Origin: an uncultured Acidobacterium sp.
GTDB taxonomy: Bacteria > Acidobacteriota > Terriglobia > Terriglobales > Acidobacteriaceae
Assembly (NCBI GenBank): GCA_964610635.1
Contig: CAZSWI010000003.1
Span: 194 to 64,193 of the forward strand
DNA: 64,000 bases
Reading direction: 5' to 3'
Notes under the pieces: generated by a model
Databases searched by the model: none
What the model saw: only the letters and a program-made list of their open reading frames with translations
Told to the model about the DNA's origin: nothing
Program-made: the position numbers and the translations under genes
Part shown: one piece after another, positions 9,358-18,012 of the stretch
Position numbering within the stretch: position 1 is the first letter of the stretch
Layout of the letters: every line of letters starts with the position of its first letter

Positions 9358-9393
9358 GTTCGATCCGGCGGATTCGAACCTCTGACAGGTCAG
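9358..9393. promoter_or_regulatory. Two adjacent palindromes in the leader between the NusG-like gene and the export genes
   Basis: GTTCGATCCGGCGGATTCGAAC (9358-9379) is a near-perfect palindrome. CTGACAGGTCAG (9382-9393) has 5-bp arms. Confidence 0.25.
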
Positions 9394-9428
9394 CGCGACG
9401 CAGCAGTCAGGGAACCTGGAGCCTTGGG

Positions 9429-10106
9429 TTGGTCTCACGAGTCAGGCGTATGAGCAGCAGAGCGGATTGGGCAATCCTCGCAGGAATTCTTGCGACGGTT
9501 CTGGCGAGCGGCGCGTGGGCGGAGGCGCCGGCCAGAGACGGGGCTCGTACTGCAACGGGGCAGGCTACCGGAACCGCACCGGGTCAGGTGACCACACAAG
9601 CGGGCCGTGCCCACAGCGACAATAACTATGTAATTGGAGCCGGCGATTCGCTGGAAATCGACGTCTGGAAGGAGCCGGACCTCAGCAAGACCGTTCCCGT
9701 TCGGTCGGACGGGAAGATTTCGCTGCCTTTTGCGGTTGAAATCCAGGCTTCGGGCCGGACGCCATTGCAACTGGAAGAGGACATCACCAACCGGCTGAAG
9801 GACAACATAAAGCAGCCGATAGTCACGGTGATCGTTCAGCAGATCAACAGCCAAAAGTACAATGTGATGGGCCAGGTGACCCGGCCGGGCGCCTATCCGC
9901 TGACCACCACAACGACGGTGATGGATGCGATTGCGAATGCGGGCGGGTTTAAGGATTTCGCCAGGAAGAAGGACGTGCACATTCTTCGGGGGAAGCCGGA
10001 TGGCACCCAGACACGGTACAAGTTTAATTACGATGCCTTCGTTAAGGGCAAGAATCCCCAGACCAATATAAGATTGCAGCCCGGCGACACAATCGTCGTG
10101 AACTGA
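9429..10106 (+). CDS. Polysaccharide export protein, Wza/EpsA-like (Poly_export + SLBB)
   Basis: A signal peptide (MSSRADWAILAGILATVLASGAWA) is present if translation starts at ATG 9450. The sequence contains NYVIGAGDSLEIDVWKEPDLSKTVPVRSDGKISLPF and VMGQVTRPGAYPL...TVMDAIANAGG, both typical of Wza-family export proteins. Confidence 0.85.
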   Translation: MVSRVRRMSSRADWAILAGILATVLASGAWAEAPARDGARTATGQATGTAPGQVTTQAGRAHSDNNYVIGAGDSLEIDVWKEPDLSKTVPVRSDGKISLPFAVEIQASGRTPLQLEEDITNRLKDNIKQPIVTVIVQQINSQKYNVMGQVTRPGAYPLTTTTTVMDAIANAGGFKDFARKKDVHILRGKPDGTQTRYKFNYDAFVKGKNPQTNIRLQPGDTIVVN

Positions 10107-10113
10107 GACGGTC

Positions 10114-11499
10114 GTGATAGCTCGAATTCTGGTAATCATGGCGATGGCGTCTGCGCCGGTCTGGTGTCAGAACGGCGGGACTCAGAGCGGTCAGAACGGG
10201 GGATCTCAGAACGGGGCGCCCCCGCCGGAAGCGGCTGCCGATCAGGGCGACGACGCGATGGCTGCGCCGCCGTCGGCGGGCGGGATGGCGTTTTCGGCCA
10301 GAACCGGATCGGAAGAGCGATCGAATTACCTGAGTATCGGCGTTGTGGCCGGGGCTGGATACGATACGAACGTCTACTACGGGGAGGGAATCGCGCCGGA
10401 GGCCGACGAGACATATTCGATTCTGCCCACGGTGCAGATCGATCGCACCACCGAGCGTCTGCACGAGAACCTGTCGTATAACCCGGGATTTCTGTTTTAC
10501 CAGCAGGCGAGTGTGCTCAATGAGGTCAGCGAGAATGCGACGGGGGAGATCGACTATCGGGTGAGCCCGCATTCGAATGTGAGCGTGTACGACTCATTTC
10601 TCAAGACTTCGAATGTATTCAGCCAGCCCTATTCGTTGTCGGGAGGCACGATATCGGGTTCGCCGGGTACGCCGGGGGCGCTGGCGATCGCGCCCTATGC
10701 GGATCAGATCCTCAATCACGGCGGTGGGCTCTACAGTTATCAGTTCAGCAGAGATGCGATGGTTGGCGTGGGGGGCGGGGCCTCGGAGCTGAATTATCCA
10801 AACAGCGGCGAGGCGGCGGGGCTCTATAACGCCAATACTTACAGCGGGAACGCCTTTTACAATCTGCGTCTTACCGGGCGCCAGTATATCGGAGCGACGG
10901 GAGACTATTTCAATATCACCGAGTCGGCGGCGGTTATGGCGGGGGGTCGAACCGAGACGGCGGCGGCATTGCCGTTTTACACATTTTATCCGCGAAAAAA
11001 TATTTTCCTGTCGGTGTCGGGTGGTCCACAATATTACACCGCAACGTTTCAGCCGGCTCCGCCTCTGAAGGGATGGTCACCCACAATTATGGCCAGCGCG
11101 CATGCGGAGGTGGAGCGAGCGGCCTTTTCGGCGAGTTACCAGCGAACGGTGACGGCAGGCGGGGGATTGCTGGGAGTATTTACCACAAACGCCGGAAGCG
11201 CGGAATTCCGCCTGCAGTTGAGCCGTTCGTGGGGGTTGGGTTGTTCCGGTAGTTATACGAGCAGCCTTGCGAATAACGCAGGGCAGCTGTCGTCGTTAAC
11301 GGTAGCCGGGGAGAATGGGCACGTGGTCAGGGCGGCGGGTTCGGTAGCGCACGCTCTGAGCCAGCGCGTATCGGCGCAGGTGGGCTACGACTACCTGCGG
11401 CAGGATTTCGCGGGAATTCCGGAGATCGCCAACGCGCCGAACACGCAGAGGGTTTACGGAACGATCCAGTATCAGCTGAGAAGGCCGCTGGGGAGATAG
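10114..11499 (+). CDS. Putative outer-membrane beta-barrel protein associated with the EPS export block
   Basis: It has a signal peptide (MIARILVIMAMASAPVWC), a Gly/Gln/Pro-rich linker and then about 400 aa rich in Y/G/S/N with alternating hydrophobicity. It sits between the Wza-like and Wzz-like genes. Confidence 0.55.
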   Translation: MIARILVIMAMASAPVWCQNGGTQSGQNGGSQNGAPPPEAAADQGDDAMAAPPSAGGMAFSARTGSEERSNYLSIGVVAGAGYDTNVYYGEGIAPEADETYSILPTVQIDRTTERLHENLSYNPGFLFYQQASVLNEVSENATGEIDYRVSPHSNVSVYDSFLKTSNVFSQPYSLSGGTISGSPGTPGALAIAPYADQILNHGGGLYSYQFSRDAMVGVGGGASELNYPNSGEAAGLYNANTYSGNAFYNLRLTGRQYIGATGDYFNITESAAVMAGGRTETAAALPFYTFYPRKNIFLSVSGGPQYYTATFQPAPPLKGWSPTIMASAHAEVERAAFSASYQRTVTAGGGLLGVFTTNAGSAEFRLQLSRSWGLGCSGSYTSSLANNAGQLSSLTVAGENGHVVRAAGSVAHALSQRVSAQVGYDYLRQDFAGIPEIANAPNTQRVYGTIQYQLRRPLGR

Positions 11500-11501
11500 G
11501 G

Positions 11502-13100
11502 ATGCCGGAAGACGCTGAGATCGAGAGCTCGGAACAGCCGGATATCGGCCGCTATGTGGACATGGCGCGGCGGCGCTATGTGTACTTTCTGATCCCGATG
11601 CTGATCGGGTTTCTGGTGGTGTGGGGAGCGAGCTGGACGATCAAGCCGCGGTATAAGTCGACCACGGTAATCCTGGTCGAGCAGCCGAGCATGCCGAAGA
11701 ATTACGTTGTTTCGAATGTGAGCGAGGATCTGCAGGACCAGCTGGAGACTATTTCCGAGCAGATCATGAGCCGCACCCATCTGCTGGAGATCATCAATAA
11801 GTACAACCTTTATTCCGGCTCGAAAAAGAAGATGAGCCCGGACGAGAAGGTGGCGGCGATGACCAAGGCGATCGACGTCCAGCTGGTTCAAAATGAGCGG
11901 GCGGGAGGGGGAGTCAGCTCTTTTTCGATCGGCTTTTCGGCCTCTACCCCGCAGGTTGCCCAGGAGATCACGCGGGAGCTGTCAACAACGGTGATCAGCC
12001 AGAACCTTCAGGTACGGCAAAAGGAGTCAACGGACACGACGAACTTCCTGAATCAGGAACTGGAGACCGCCAGGCAGGCGCTGGCCGATCAGGAGGCAAA
12101 GCGCGCGCGGTACGAGGCGGCCCATCAGGGGGCGTTGCCCTCGCAGCAGGCGGCGAATCTGTCGATTCTGGCAGGACTGCAGCAGCAGTTGCAGAACGAG
12201 CAGGACGCGCTCAACACGGCGGTGAGCCAGCGGGCATATTTCCAGACGCTGATCGAGCAATATCACGCCATGCGGGGGCCTGCGAAGGCAGTGGACGGGA
12301 CTCCGGCCGACGTCACGACGCTGGACGCGGCGCTCGAGAAAGACCGGGCGCAGCTGGCCGATCTGAGCGCGCGCTACACGGACAGCTATCCGGACGTGCA
12401 GTCGCTCAAAGCCGAGATCGCGCGGCTGGAAAAGGAACGCGACCGGGCGCTCGCGGCGCGGTCGGCAAAGCCCGGGGCGAATGCGGAGCCGAGCGATGAC
12501 CCGCTGGCGGATGGACCGAATTCACCAGTGGGGCAGCTGCAGGGCCAGTTGCAGGCCAATCAGGTGGAGATCGCCAACAAAGAGCAGAGCCTTGCGCGGC
12601 TGAAAACGCAGATCGGCGAATATCAGGGGCGGCTTGGCGCGGAACCGGCGAGCGAGGAGCAACTGGCGGAGCTGAATCGGGGGTACGATCAGTCCCTGGC
12701 CAACTACAACGAACTGCTCAAGAAGAGGGACGACTCGCAGATGGCGACCAGCATGGAACAGATGCAGGAGGGGGAGCGATTCTCGGTTCTCGATCCGCCG
12801 AGCCTGCCGTCGAAGCCCGATTTTCCCAAGCGGCTGAATTTCTGCGCGATGGGGATAGCGGCGGGGATGGCGCTGGGGGGGCTGGTGGTGCTGGTAGTCG
12901 AAATGGCGGATGACCGACTTTACCGGGAGCAGGAGATCAAGGACTTGCTGCCGGTCGCAATCTTTGCCGAGATTCCGGATATCACAACTCCGCTCGACGA
13001 ACGGAGAAGCAGGCGACGGACGTATCTGGGAGCTGCAACCGCAGCGCTGGTGCTGGTGGTTATCCTGACCGGCTCAGCGATCAGTTATCTGCACAGTTAA
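11502..13100 (+). CDS. Polysaccharide chain-length determinant (Wzz/GumC, PCP family)
   Basis: The N-terminal TM region is followed by the Wzz motif (YVYFLIPMLIGFLVVWGASWTIKPRYKSTTVILVE). A long Q/A/E/L-rich coiled-coil periplasmic region and a C-terminal TM helix (AAGMALGGLVVLVVEM) complete the protein. Confidence 0.85.
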   Translation: MPEDAEIESSEQPDIGRYVDMARRRYVYFLIPMLIGFLVVWGASWTIKPRYKSTTVILVEQPSMPKNYVVSNVSEDLQDQLETISEQIMSRTHLLEIINKYNLYSGSKKKMSPDEKVAAMTKAIDVQLVQNERAGGGVSSFSIGFSASTPQVAQEITRELSTTVISQNLQVRQKESTDTTNFLNQELETARQALADQEAKRARYEAAHQGALPSQQAANLSILAGLQQQLQNEQDALNTAVSQRAYFQTLIEQYHAMRGPAKAVDGTPADVTTLDAALEKDRAQLADLSARYTDSYPDVQSLKAEIARLEKERDRALAARSAKPGANAEPSDDPLADGPNSPVGQLQGQLQANQVEIANKEQSLARLKTQIGEYQGRLGAEPASEEQLAELNRGYDQSLANYNELLKKRDDSQMATSMEQMQEGERFSVLDPPSLPSKPDFPKRLNFCAMGIAAGMALGGLVVLVVEMADDRLYREQEIKDLLPVAIFAEIPDITTPLDERRSRRRTYLGAATAALVLVVILTGSAISYLHS

Positions 13101-13113
13101 AATATGAGCCGCA

Positions 13114-14103
13114 ATGTATAAAGCTTTTTTTAAGCTGGCGCGCAATCCTTTCGACCTGACTCCGGACCCTACTTATTTTGTGTCTACGCGCCGGCATAAC
13201 GAGGCGCTCGCTGCGCTCCACTACGGCATCCGGCGGCACAAGGGATTTGTAGTGGTAACCGGTGAAGTGGGAACGGGCAAGACGCTGCTTCTGCGCTGCC
13301 TGCTTCGCCTGCTGAAGGAAAGCAGGGATATTGCCTACGCTTATCTGTTTAACAGCCGTCTGTCGCCGTCGGAGTTTCTGCAGTACATATTGTCCGACTT
13401 CGGGCTTCCGGCTTCGGGGAAGAACAAGAGCGAGCTGTTGCTGGATCTCGGTCAGTTTCTGGTCTCGCGGGGATCGAAGGGGCTGACGACGGTCCTGATC
13501 GTGGACGAGGCCCATCATCTGTCGGAGGAGCTGCTCGAAGAGGTGCGTCTTCTCTCCAATCTGGAGACCACCGACGACAAGCTGTTACAGATCATCCTGG
13601 TGGGGCAGCCAGAGCTGGATCAGAAGCTGGATTCGGTGGCGCTGAGGCAACTCAAGCAGAGAGTTGCGCTGCGCGCGCAGCTGGGACCGCTCGACGCGCA
13701 GGAGACTAAGGAATATATCGAACATCGGCTGCGGGTTGCGGGGGCGGAGGGCGATCCGGGCCATCTGTTCGGTCCGGAAGCCGTCGCCGCGGTGTATCGC
13801 CATTCGCGGGGATTTCCGCGGCTGATCAATACCGTCTGCGAAAACGCGCTGATCATTGCTTACGCGCGGCAGATCCCGAGGATAACGGTGGATGTTGTGG
13901 AGGACGTCGCAAAGGAGTTTCGGCTCGACAACACCTCGCTCGGCGAGCCGGAAGGCGGGGGAACACTGAGCGAAATGGACGTCCAGCGGGCGGCGAAAGT
14001 CCTTCGCGATCTTTATTCGGCTCTGCGCAGGCCGGTGGCGCGCAGCGCCGATCTGAATGTGCCTGTTTCTCTCGAAGCGAGTGAGTATGAGCCGAATATT
14101 TGA
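13114..14103 (+). CDS. ExeA-like AAA+ ATPase (general-secretion-protein-A-like; EPS-locus subfamily)
   Basis: The translation reads MYKAFFKLARNPFDLTPDPTYFVSTRRHNEALAAL...GFVVVTGEVGTGKTLLLRCLL (Walker A). Walker B is LIVDEAHHLS. Confidence 0.85.
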   Translation: MYKAFFKLARNPFDLTPDPTYFVSTRRHNEALAALHYGIRRHKGFVVVTGEVGTGKTLLLRCLLRLLKESRDIAYAYLFNSRLSPSEFLQYILSDFGLPASGKNKSELLLDLGQFLVSRGSKGLTTVLIVDEAHHLSEELLEEVRLLSNLETTDDKLLQIILVGQPELDQKLDSVALRQLKQRVALRAQLGPLDAQETKEYIEHRLRVAGAEGDPGHLFGPEAVAAVYRHSRGFPRLINTVCENALIIAYARQIPRITVDVVEDVAKEFRLDNTSLGEPEGGGTLSEMDVQRAAKVLRDLYSALRRPVARSADLNVPVSLEASEYEPNI

Positions 14104-15091
14104 CGCTCTGCAAAGGTCGGAAGCCGAACGGTCGGGGGGCAGGTCGCCGGGGCGGGACGCAACCGAACTGCTGCGCCATGCCGAGCAACGTGCGGCGACG
14201 GAATGGGAGGCGGGAGCGCCGGCCGAGCAGGAAGCCATGGCGCTGCCGGAGCGCGAAGTCGCGCGGAACGGAGAGATCGCCTCCTCGGCGAGGGGATTGC
14301 CATCGCGGGCGAGGACGGCGAAGGGGAGACCCCAGTCCCTGAAGGAAGAGGCGGTTCCGCGGGACCTGCCGGACATCTTCACCCAGTTCGGCAGGCTGAA
14401 GATTTCGGTTCCCGCCCAGGGACGGCTGGTGAGCGTTTCCGACCGGGACAGTCCGGCGGCGGAGGCATTCCGGCTGCTGTCGGTGCGGTTGCGGCATCTG
14501 CGCCGCGATCGTCCGCTGCAGAAGCTGCTGATCACCAGCTCGAGTCCCCAGGAAGGGAAGAGCACGTGTTCGGCCAACCTGGCGTGCTCCATGGCCCTGC
14601 GAGCCCAGCAGAGGGTGCTGCTGCTCGAGGGCGACATCCGGCGTCCGGCGTTGTCGCAGATGTTTTCTGTTTCGCGAAAGCCGGGAATCTGTGAATGGCT
14701 GCGCGAAGAGCGGCAGCTGGCGGAGACCATTTACTACCTGGAGGGTCCGGGTCTGTGGTTTATGCCGGCCGGCAGCTCGCCCAGCAATCCGCTGGAGGTG
14801 CTGCAGTCGGGAAGGCCGGCGATGCTGCTGGAACAGCTGTCCGCGCTGTTCGACTGGATCGTCATCGATTCGCCTCCGGTCCTGCCCCTGGCCGACACCA
14901 GCGTCTGGTCGCGGCAGGCGGATGGCATTCTGCTGGTGGTGCGTCAGGGAACGTCTGAAAAGCGGAAGTTGCGGAGGGCTGTGGACGCCGTGGAGTCCCC
15001 GAAACTGATCGGTGCGTTGCTGAACTCCTCCACCAGCGCGCCGGACACCGATTATTACTACAGCCCGCGAACGAACCCCGGACCGGAATAA
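14087..15091 (+). CDS. Cytoplasmic BY-kinase (CpsD/CapB-type tyrosine autokinase)
   Basis: The ATG at 14087 (MSRIFDALQRSE...) overlaps the upstream gene by 17 nt. The kinase motifs are Walker A SSSPQEGKSTCSANLA, A' LLLEGDIRRP and B IVIDSPPV. A C-terminal Tyr cluster DTDYYYSP is present. Confidence 0.85.
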   Translation: MSRIFDALQRSEAERSGGRSPGRDATELLRHAEQRAATEWEAGAPAEQEAMALPEREVARNGEIASSARGLPSRARTAKGRPQSLKEEAVPRDLPDIFTQFGRLKISVPAQGRLVSVSDRDSPAAEAFRLLSVRLRHLRRDRPLQKLLITSSSPQEGKSTCSANLACSMALRAQQRVLLLEGDIRRPALSQMFSVSRKPGICEWLREERQLAETIYYLEGPGLWFMPAGSSPSNPLEVLQSGRPAMLLEQLSALFDWIVIDSPPVLPLADTSVWSRQADGILLVVRQGTSEKRKLRRAVDAVESPKLIGALLNSSTSAPDTDYYYSPRTNPGPE

Positions 15092-15135
15092 GGTCAGGGG
15101 CGTCAGGCGATCGCGCCGGCGATCATAACTCGGTA

Positions 15136-15147
15136 ATCCGGCCGGAT
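15136..15147. promoter_or_regulatory. Perfect 12-bp palindrome ATCCGGCCGGAT in the AT-rich gap upstream of the priming transferase
   Basis: Read directly. It lies in the 166-bp gap (15092-15257), which is one of the few non-coupled junctions in the cluster. Confidence 0.25.
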
Positions 15148-15257
15148 AATTCGGTACTACAGAAATTACCGGCTTTCATAATAAGATTACGAAACACAAC
15201 TGACCAATCAGCTTTGCGTTTCGACATTGAAATCGTGCTCGAGAGAGGAGCAAGTTT

Positions 15258-16406
15258 GTGACTCTGCCAAGGATCAATAAGGTGTCAGACAAGATGGATC
15301 CTTTATTCGATGCGGCTGCCCACGGGGATCGCGAGGTTCTGAGCGAAGATGCCTTCAGGCGGCGGATCGCGATCGAGCGGAAGCGCACGGAACGGTCGAG
15401 GGAGCCATTTCTGCTGATGCTGCTCGAAGCGGGCGTTTCGCAGACCGGCGACAAGGCCGACAGGACGCTGGAGGGTATCGTGTCGGCGATGCAGTCGTCG
15501 ACCCGCGAGACGGATGTGGTGGGCTGGTATAAGGACCGCGGCACGGTTGGGGTGATGTTTACCGGGCTGGTGGTCAGCGACAAGAACTCGGTCCTGAGCA
15601 CGATCCTCGCGAGAGTGAGCGCGGCGCTGCAGGAAGAGCTGTCGATGGAGCGATTCAATCAGATTACGTTTTCGTTCCACTTCTTTCCCGATGACTGGGA
15701 CGAGGGCAGTTCGGGCCGGCCCAGCGATCCGGTCCTTTACCCGGATCTTTTCAGTCCCAGCCGGGACCAGCGCTCGCAGCTGCGCACCAAGCGCGCGATG
15801 GACATCGCCGGAAGCACGCTGATGCTGATCGCGTGCATGCCTTTATTCGCGGTCATCGCGCTTCTCATTCGGGCGACATCGAAAGGGCCGATCCTTTTCA
15901 GGCAGGATCGCATCGGGCAATATGGGCGGCGTTTCACGTTTCTGAAATTCCGATCCATGCGCGTCGACAATGACGAGACGGTGCACAAGGAATACGTTAA
16001 GCGCCTGATCGCGGGGGTCGCGGAACGGGTGCCGGCGAATGCCGACGGGCAGGGTGTCTACAAGCTGGTCGGGGACAAGAGGATTACGCCGATCGGTAAG
16101 TTCCTGCGCATGACCAGCCTCGACGAGCTGCCCCAGTTTGTGAACGTTCTGCGAGGCGACATGTCTCTGGTGGGCCCGCGGCCGCCGGTTCCTTACGAAC
16201 TGGCCGCTTATCAGACGTGGCATCGCCGCCGCGTGCTGCAGGTCAAGCCGGGGATCACCGGATTGTGGCAGGTGACCGGCCGCAGCCGCGTCCGGTTCGA
16301 CGACATGGTTCGGCTGGACCTGCGGTATGCCATTTCCTGGTCGCCGTGGCTGGACATGAAAATACTCATGAAAACGCCGGCGGCGGTAATCAAGGGAGCG
16401 TATTGA
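15258..16406 (+). CDS. Polyprenyl-phosphate sugar phosphotransferase (Bac_transf/PglC-WbaP C-domain type) with an N-terminal degenerate GGDEF-like domain
   Basis: The GTG at 15258 lies 7 nt after GAGGAG. The C-terminal half contains one TM helix ([25 protein letters not shown]) and then [26 protein letters not shown]...[21 protein letters not shown], the bacterial sugar transferase signature. Residues ~24-165 align by eye to a GGDEF fold (see findings). Confidence 0.85.
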   Translation: MTLPRINKVSDKMDPLFDAAAHGDREVLSEDAFRRRIAIERKRTERSREPFLLMLLEAGVSQTGDKADRTLEGIVSAMQSSTRETDVVGWYKDRGTVGVMFTGLVVSDKNSVLSTILARVSAALQEELSMERFNQITFSFHFFPDDWDEGSSGRPSDPVLYPDLFSPSRDQRSQLRTKRAMDIAGSTLMLIACMPLFAVIALLIRATSKGPILFRQDRIGQYGRRFTFLKFRSMRVDNDETVHKEYVKRLIAGVAERVPANADGQGVYKLVGDKRITPIGKFLRMTSLDELPQFVNVLRGDMSLVGPRPPVPYELAAYQTWHRRRVLQVKPGITGLWQVTGRSRVRFDDMVRLDLRYAISWSPWLDMKILMKTPAAVIKGAY

Positions 16407-16522
16407 GACCTTCGCGTCCGGGCAGATCTCTTCCATTGCGATTCGTGTTTCCATTCAGGCAGGCTCGCCGCGCGGAGCGGTGTTGATTTCGTCTTCATTG
16501 GGGAAAGTGTGGTGACAGTCAC

Positions 16523-17521
16523 GTGAACTTCGGTGTAATCGGGTACGGTTACTGGGGACCGAATGTGGTGAGGAACCTTGCCAGTCTCGAGGGTTCCCAG
16601 GTCCTGGCGATTGCGGAGCTGAATGCGGCGGCGCAGGCGCGTGCGCGGAAGGCCTATCCCGGCATCCGCATCACCGCCGACACCTCGGAAGTGCTGACGT
16701 CGCCGGATATCGACGCCATCGCGGTGATCACCCCGGTGTGGACGCATTATGAGCTGACGAAAGCCGCGCTTGAGAACGGGAAGCATGTTTTCGTCGAGAA
16801 GCCTTTCACCGGTAATGTCGCGCAGGGCGAGAAGCTGATCGACCTGGCCAGGCAGAAAAACCTGATCATCATGGTGGATCACACATTCCTGTTCACCGGC
16901 GCGGTGAGAAAGATCTCGCAGCTGCTGCGGGAGGGGACGCTGGGAAAGCTGTACTACTACGACTCCACGCGAGTGAACCTGGGGCTGTTCCAGCATGACA
17001 TCAACGTCCTTTGGGATCTTGCGCCGCACGATCTTTCCATCATGGATTACGTGATCGACGGCAATCCCGAGGCGGTGGTGGCGACCGGGCAGAGTCATCT
17101 GAACTGCCACGAAGACGTGGCTTTTATGACTCTGTACTTTCCGGAGAGCGTGATCGCCCACATCAACGTGAACTGGCTTTCGCCGGTGAAGGTGCGCACC
17201 ACCCTGATCGGCGGCGAAAAGCGGATGCTGGTATGGAACGACCTCGAGGCCGATGAGAAGGTAAAAGTCTACGACAAGGGCGTCAATATCACGAACAACG
17301 AAGGCCTCTACTCGCTGCTGGTGAACTATCGATCGGGGGATATGTGGTCTCCGCAGCTCGAACAGATCGAGGCGCTGCGCCAGGAGCTGTCCTACTTTGT
17401 GGACTGTATCTCGACGGGGCAGGAGCCTTTCAACGACGGATGCGCCGGCCTGAGGGTGGTCAAGATGCTGGAGGCGGCGAGCGAATCGATGAGCAAGAGG
17501 GGTTCCCTGGTCTATTTATGA
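16523..17521 (+). CDS. Gfo/Idh/MocA-family NAD-dependent sugar-nucleotide oxidoreductase (WbpB-like)
   Basis: The Rossmann N-terminus reads NFGVIGYGYWGPNVVRNL and the EKP motif reads HVFVEKPF. It is followed by tightly coupled acetyltransferase and aminotransferase genes. Confidence 0.85.
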   Translation: MNFGVIGYGYWGPNVVRNLASLEGSQVLAIAELNAAAQARARKAYPGIRITADTSEVLTSPDIDAIAVITPVWTHYELTKAALENGKHVFVEKPFTGNVAQGEKLIDLARQKNLIIMVDHTFLFTGAVRKISQLLREGTLGKLYYYDSTRVNLGLFQHDINVLWDLAPHDLSIMDYVIDGNPEAVVATGQSHLNCHEDVAFMTLYFPESVIAHINVNWLSPVKVRTTLIGGEKRMLVWNDLEADEKVKVYDKGVNITNNEGLYSLLVNYRSGDMWSPQLEQIEALRQELSYFVDCISTGQEPFNDGCAGLRVVKMLEAASESMSKRGSLVYL

Positions 17522-18012
17522 TCACTTATAACTGCGTTGCCGACGACGTAAAGCTCGGCGCTAATGTCCGGCTGTCGACGTTCATCAACTTATATGGATG
17601 CCGGATTGGCGACGAGACAAAAATCGGCGCGTTCGTCGAGATTCAGAAAAATGCGAGCGTCGGCAAACGATGCAAGATCTCGAGCCATACTTTCATCTGC
17701 GAAGGAGTGGTCATCGAGGACAACGTGTTTATCGGACACGGCGTCACGTTCATCAACGACAGCTATCCGCGAGCTACGGCAGCGGGCGGCGGGTTGCAGA
17801 CCGAGGCGGACTGGAAGGTCGAGCCGACGGTGATCCGGAGCGGCGCATCGATCGGCTCCGGGGCCACGGTGCTTGCGAACGTGAGCGTTGGCGAGAATGC
17901 GATCGTCGGCGCGGGCAGTGTCGTAACCAGGGATGTGCCACCGCATGCGATCGTGGCCGGCAATCCGGCCAGGGTTTTGCGTTATCTCAAAGAGAGTGAA
18001 GAGGGGCTATGA
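17518..18012 (+). CDS. Left-handed beta-helix (hexapeptide) N-acetyltransferase (WbpD-like)
   Basis: The ATG at 17518 overlaps the upstream stop (ATGA). Hexapeptide repeats are visible: LGANVRLSTFINLYGCRIGDETKIGAFVEIQKNASVGKRCKISSHTFICEGVVIEDNVFIGHGVTFIND. Confidence 0.85.
   Translation: MITYNCVADDVKLGANVRLSTFINLYGCRIGDETKIGAFVEIQKNASVGKRCKISSHTFICEGVVIEDNVFIGHGVTFINDSYPRATAAGGGLQTEADWKVEPTVIRSGASIGSGATVLANVSVGENAIVGAGSVVTRDVPPHAIVAGNPARVLRYLKESEEGL

Noticed and set aside
9358-9379. tRNA gene or tRNA fragment suggested by GGATTCGAACC / GTTCGATCC T-loop-like strings.
   Set aside because: The T-stem pairing fails on either strand (2-3 mismatches in 5 bp). No acceptor or anticodon arms can be drawn, and the two halves are better explained as one palindrome.
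16211-17161. Long minus-strand ORFs throughout the cluster. Examples are 16211..17161, 17982..19052, 19652..20524, 20664..21824, 23541..25094, 27233..28348, 29597..30673, 30743..31810, 34023..34928, 35067..35987, 39612..40751, 42402..43367, 45035..46048, 48936..50096 and 51036..52298.
   Set aside because: Each lies antisense to a + strand ORF with clear family motifs. Their translations are Arg/Pro/Gly/His-rich and low-complexity with no recognisable motifs. Such shadow ORFs are expected in GC-rich DNA.
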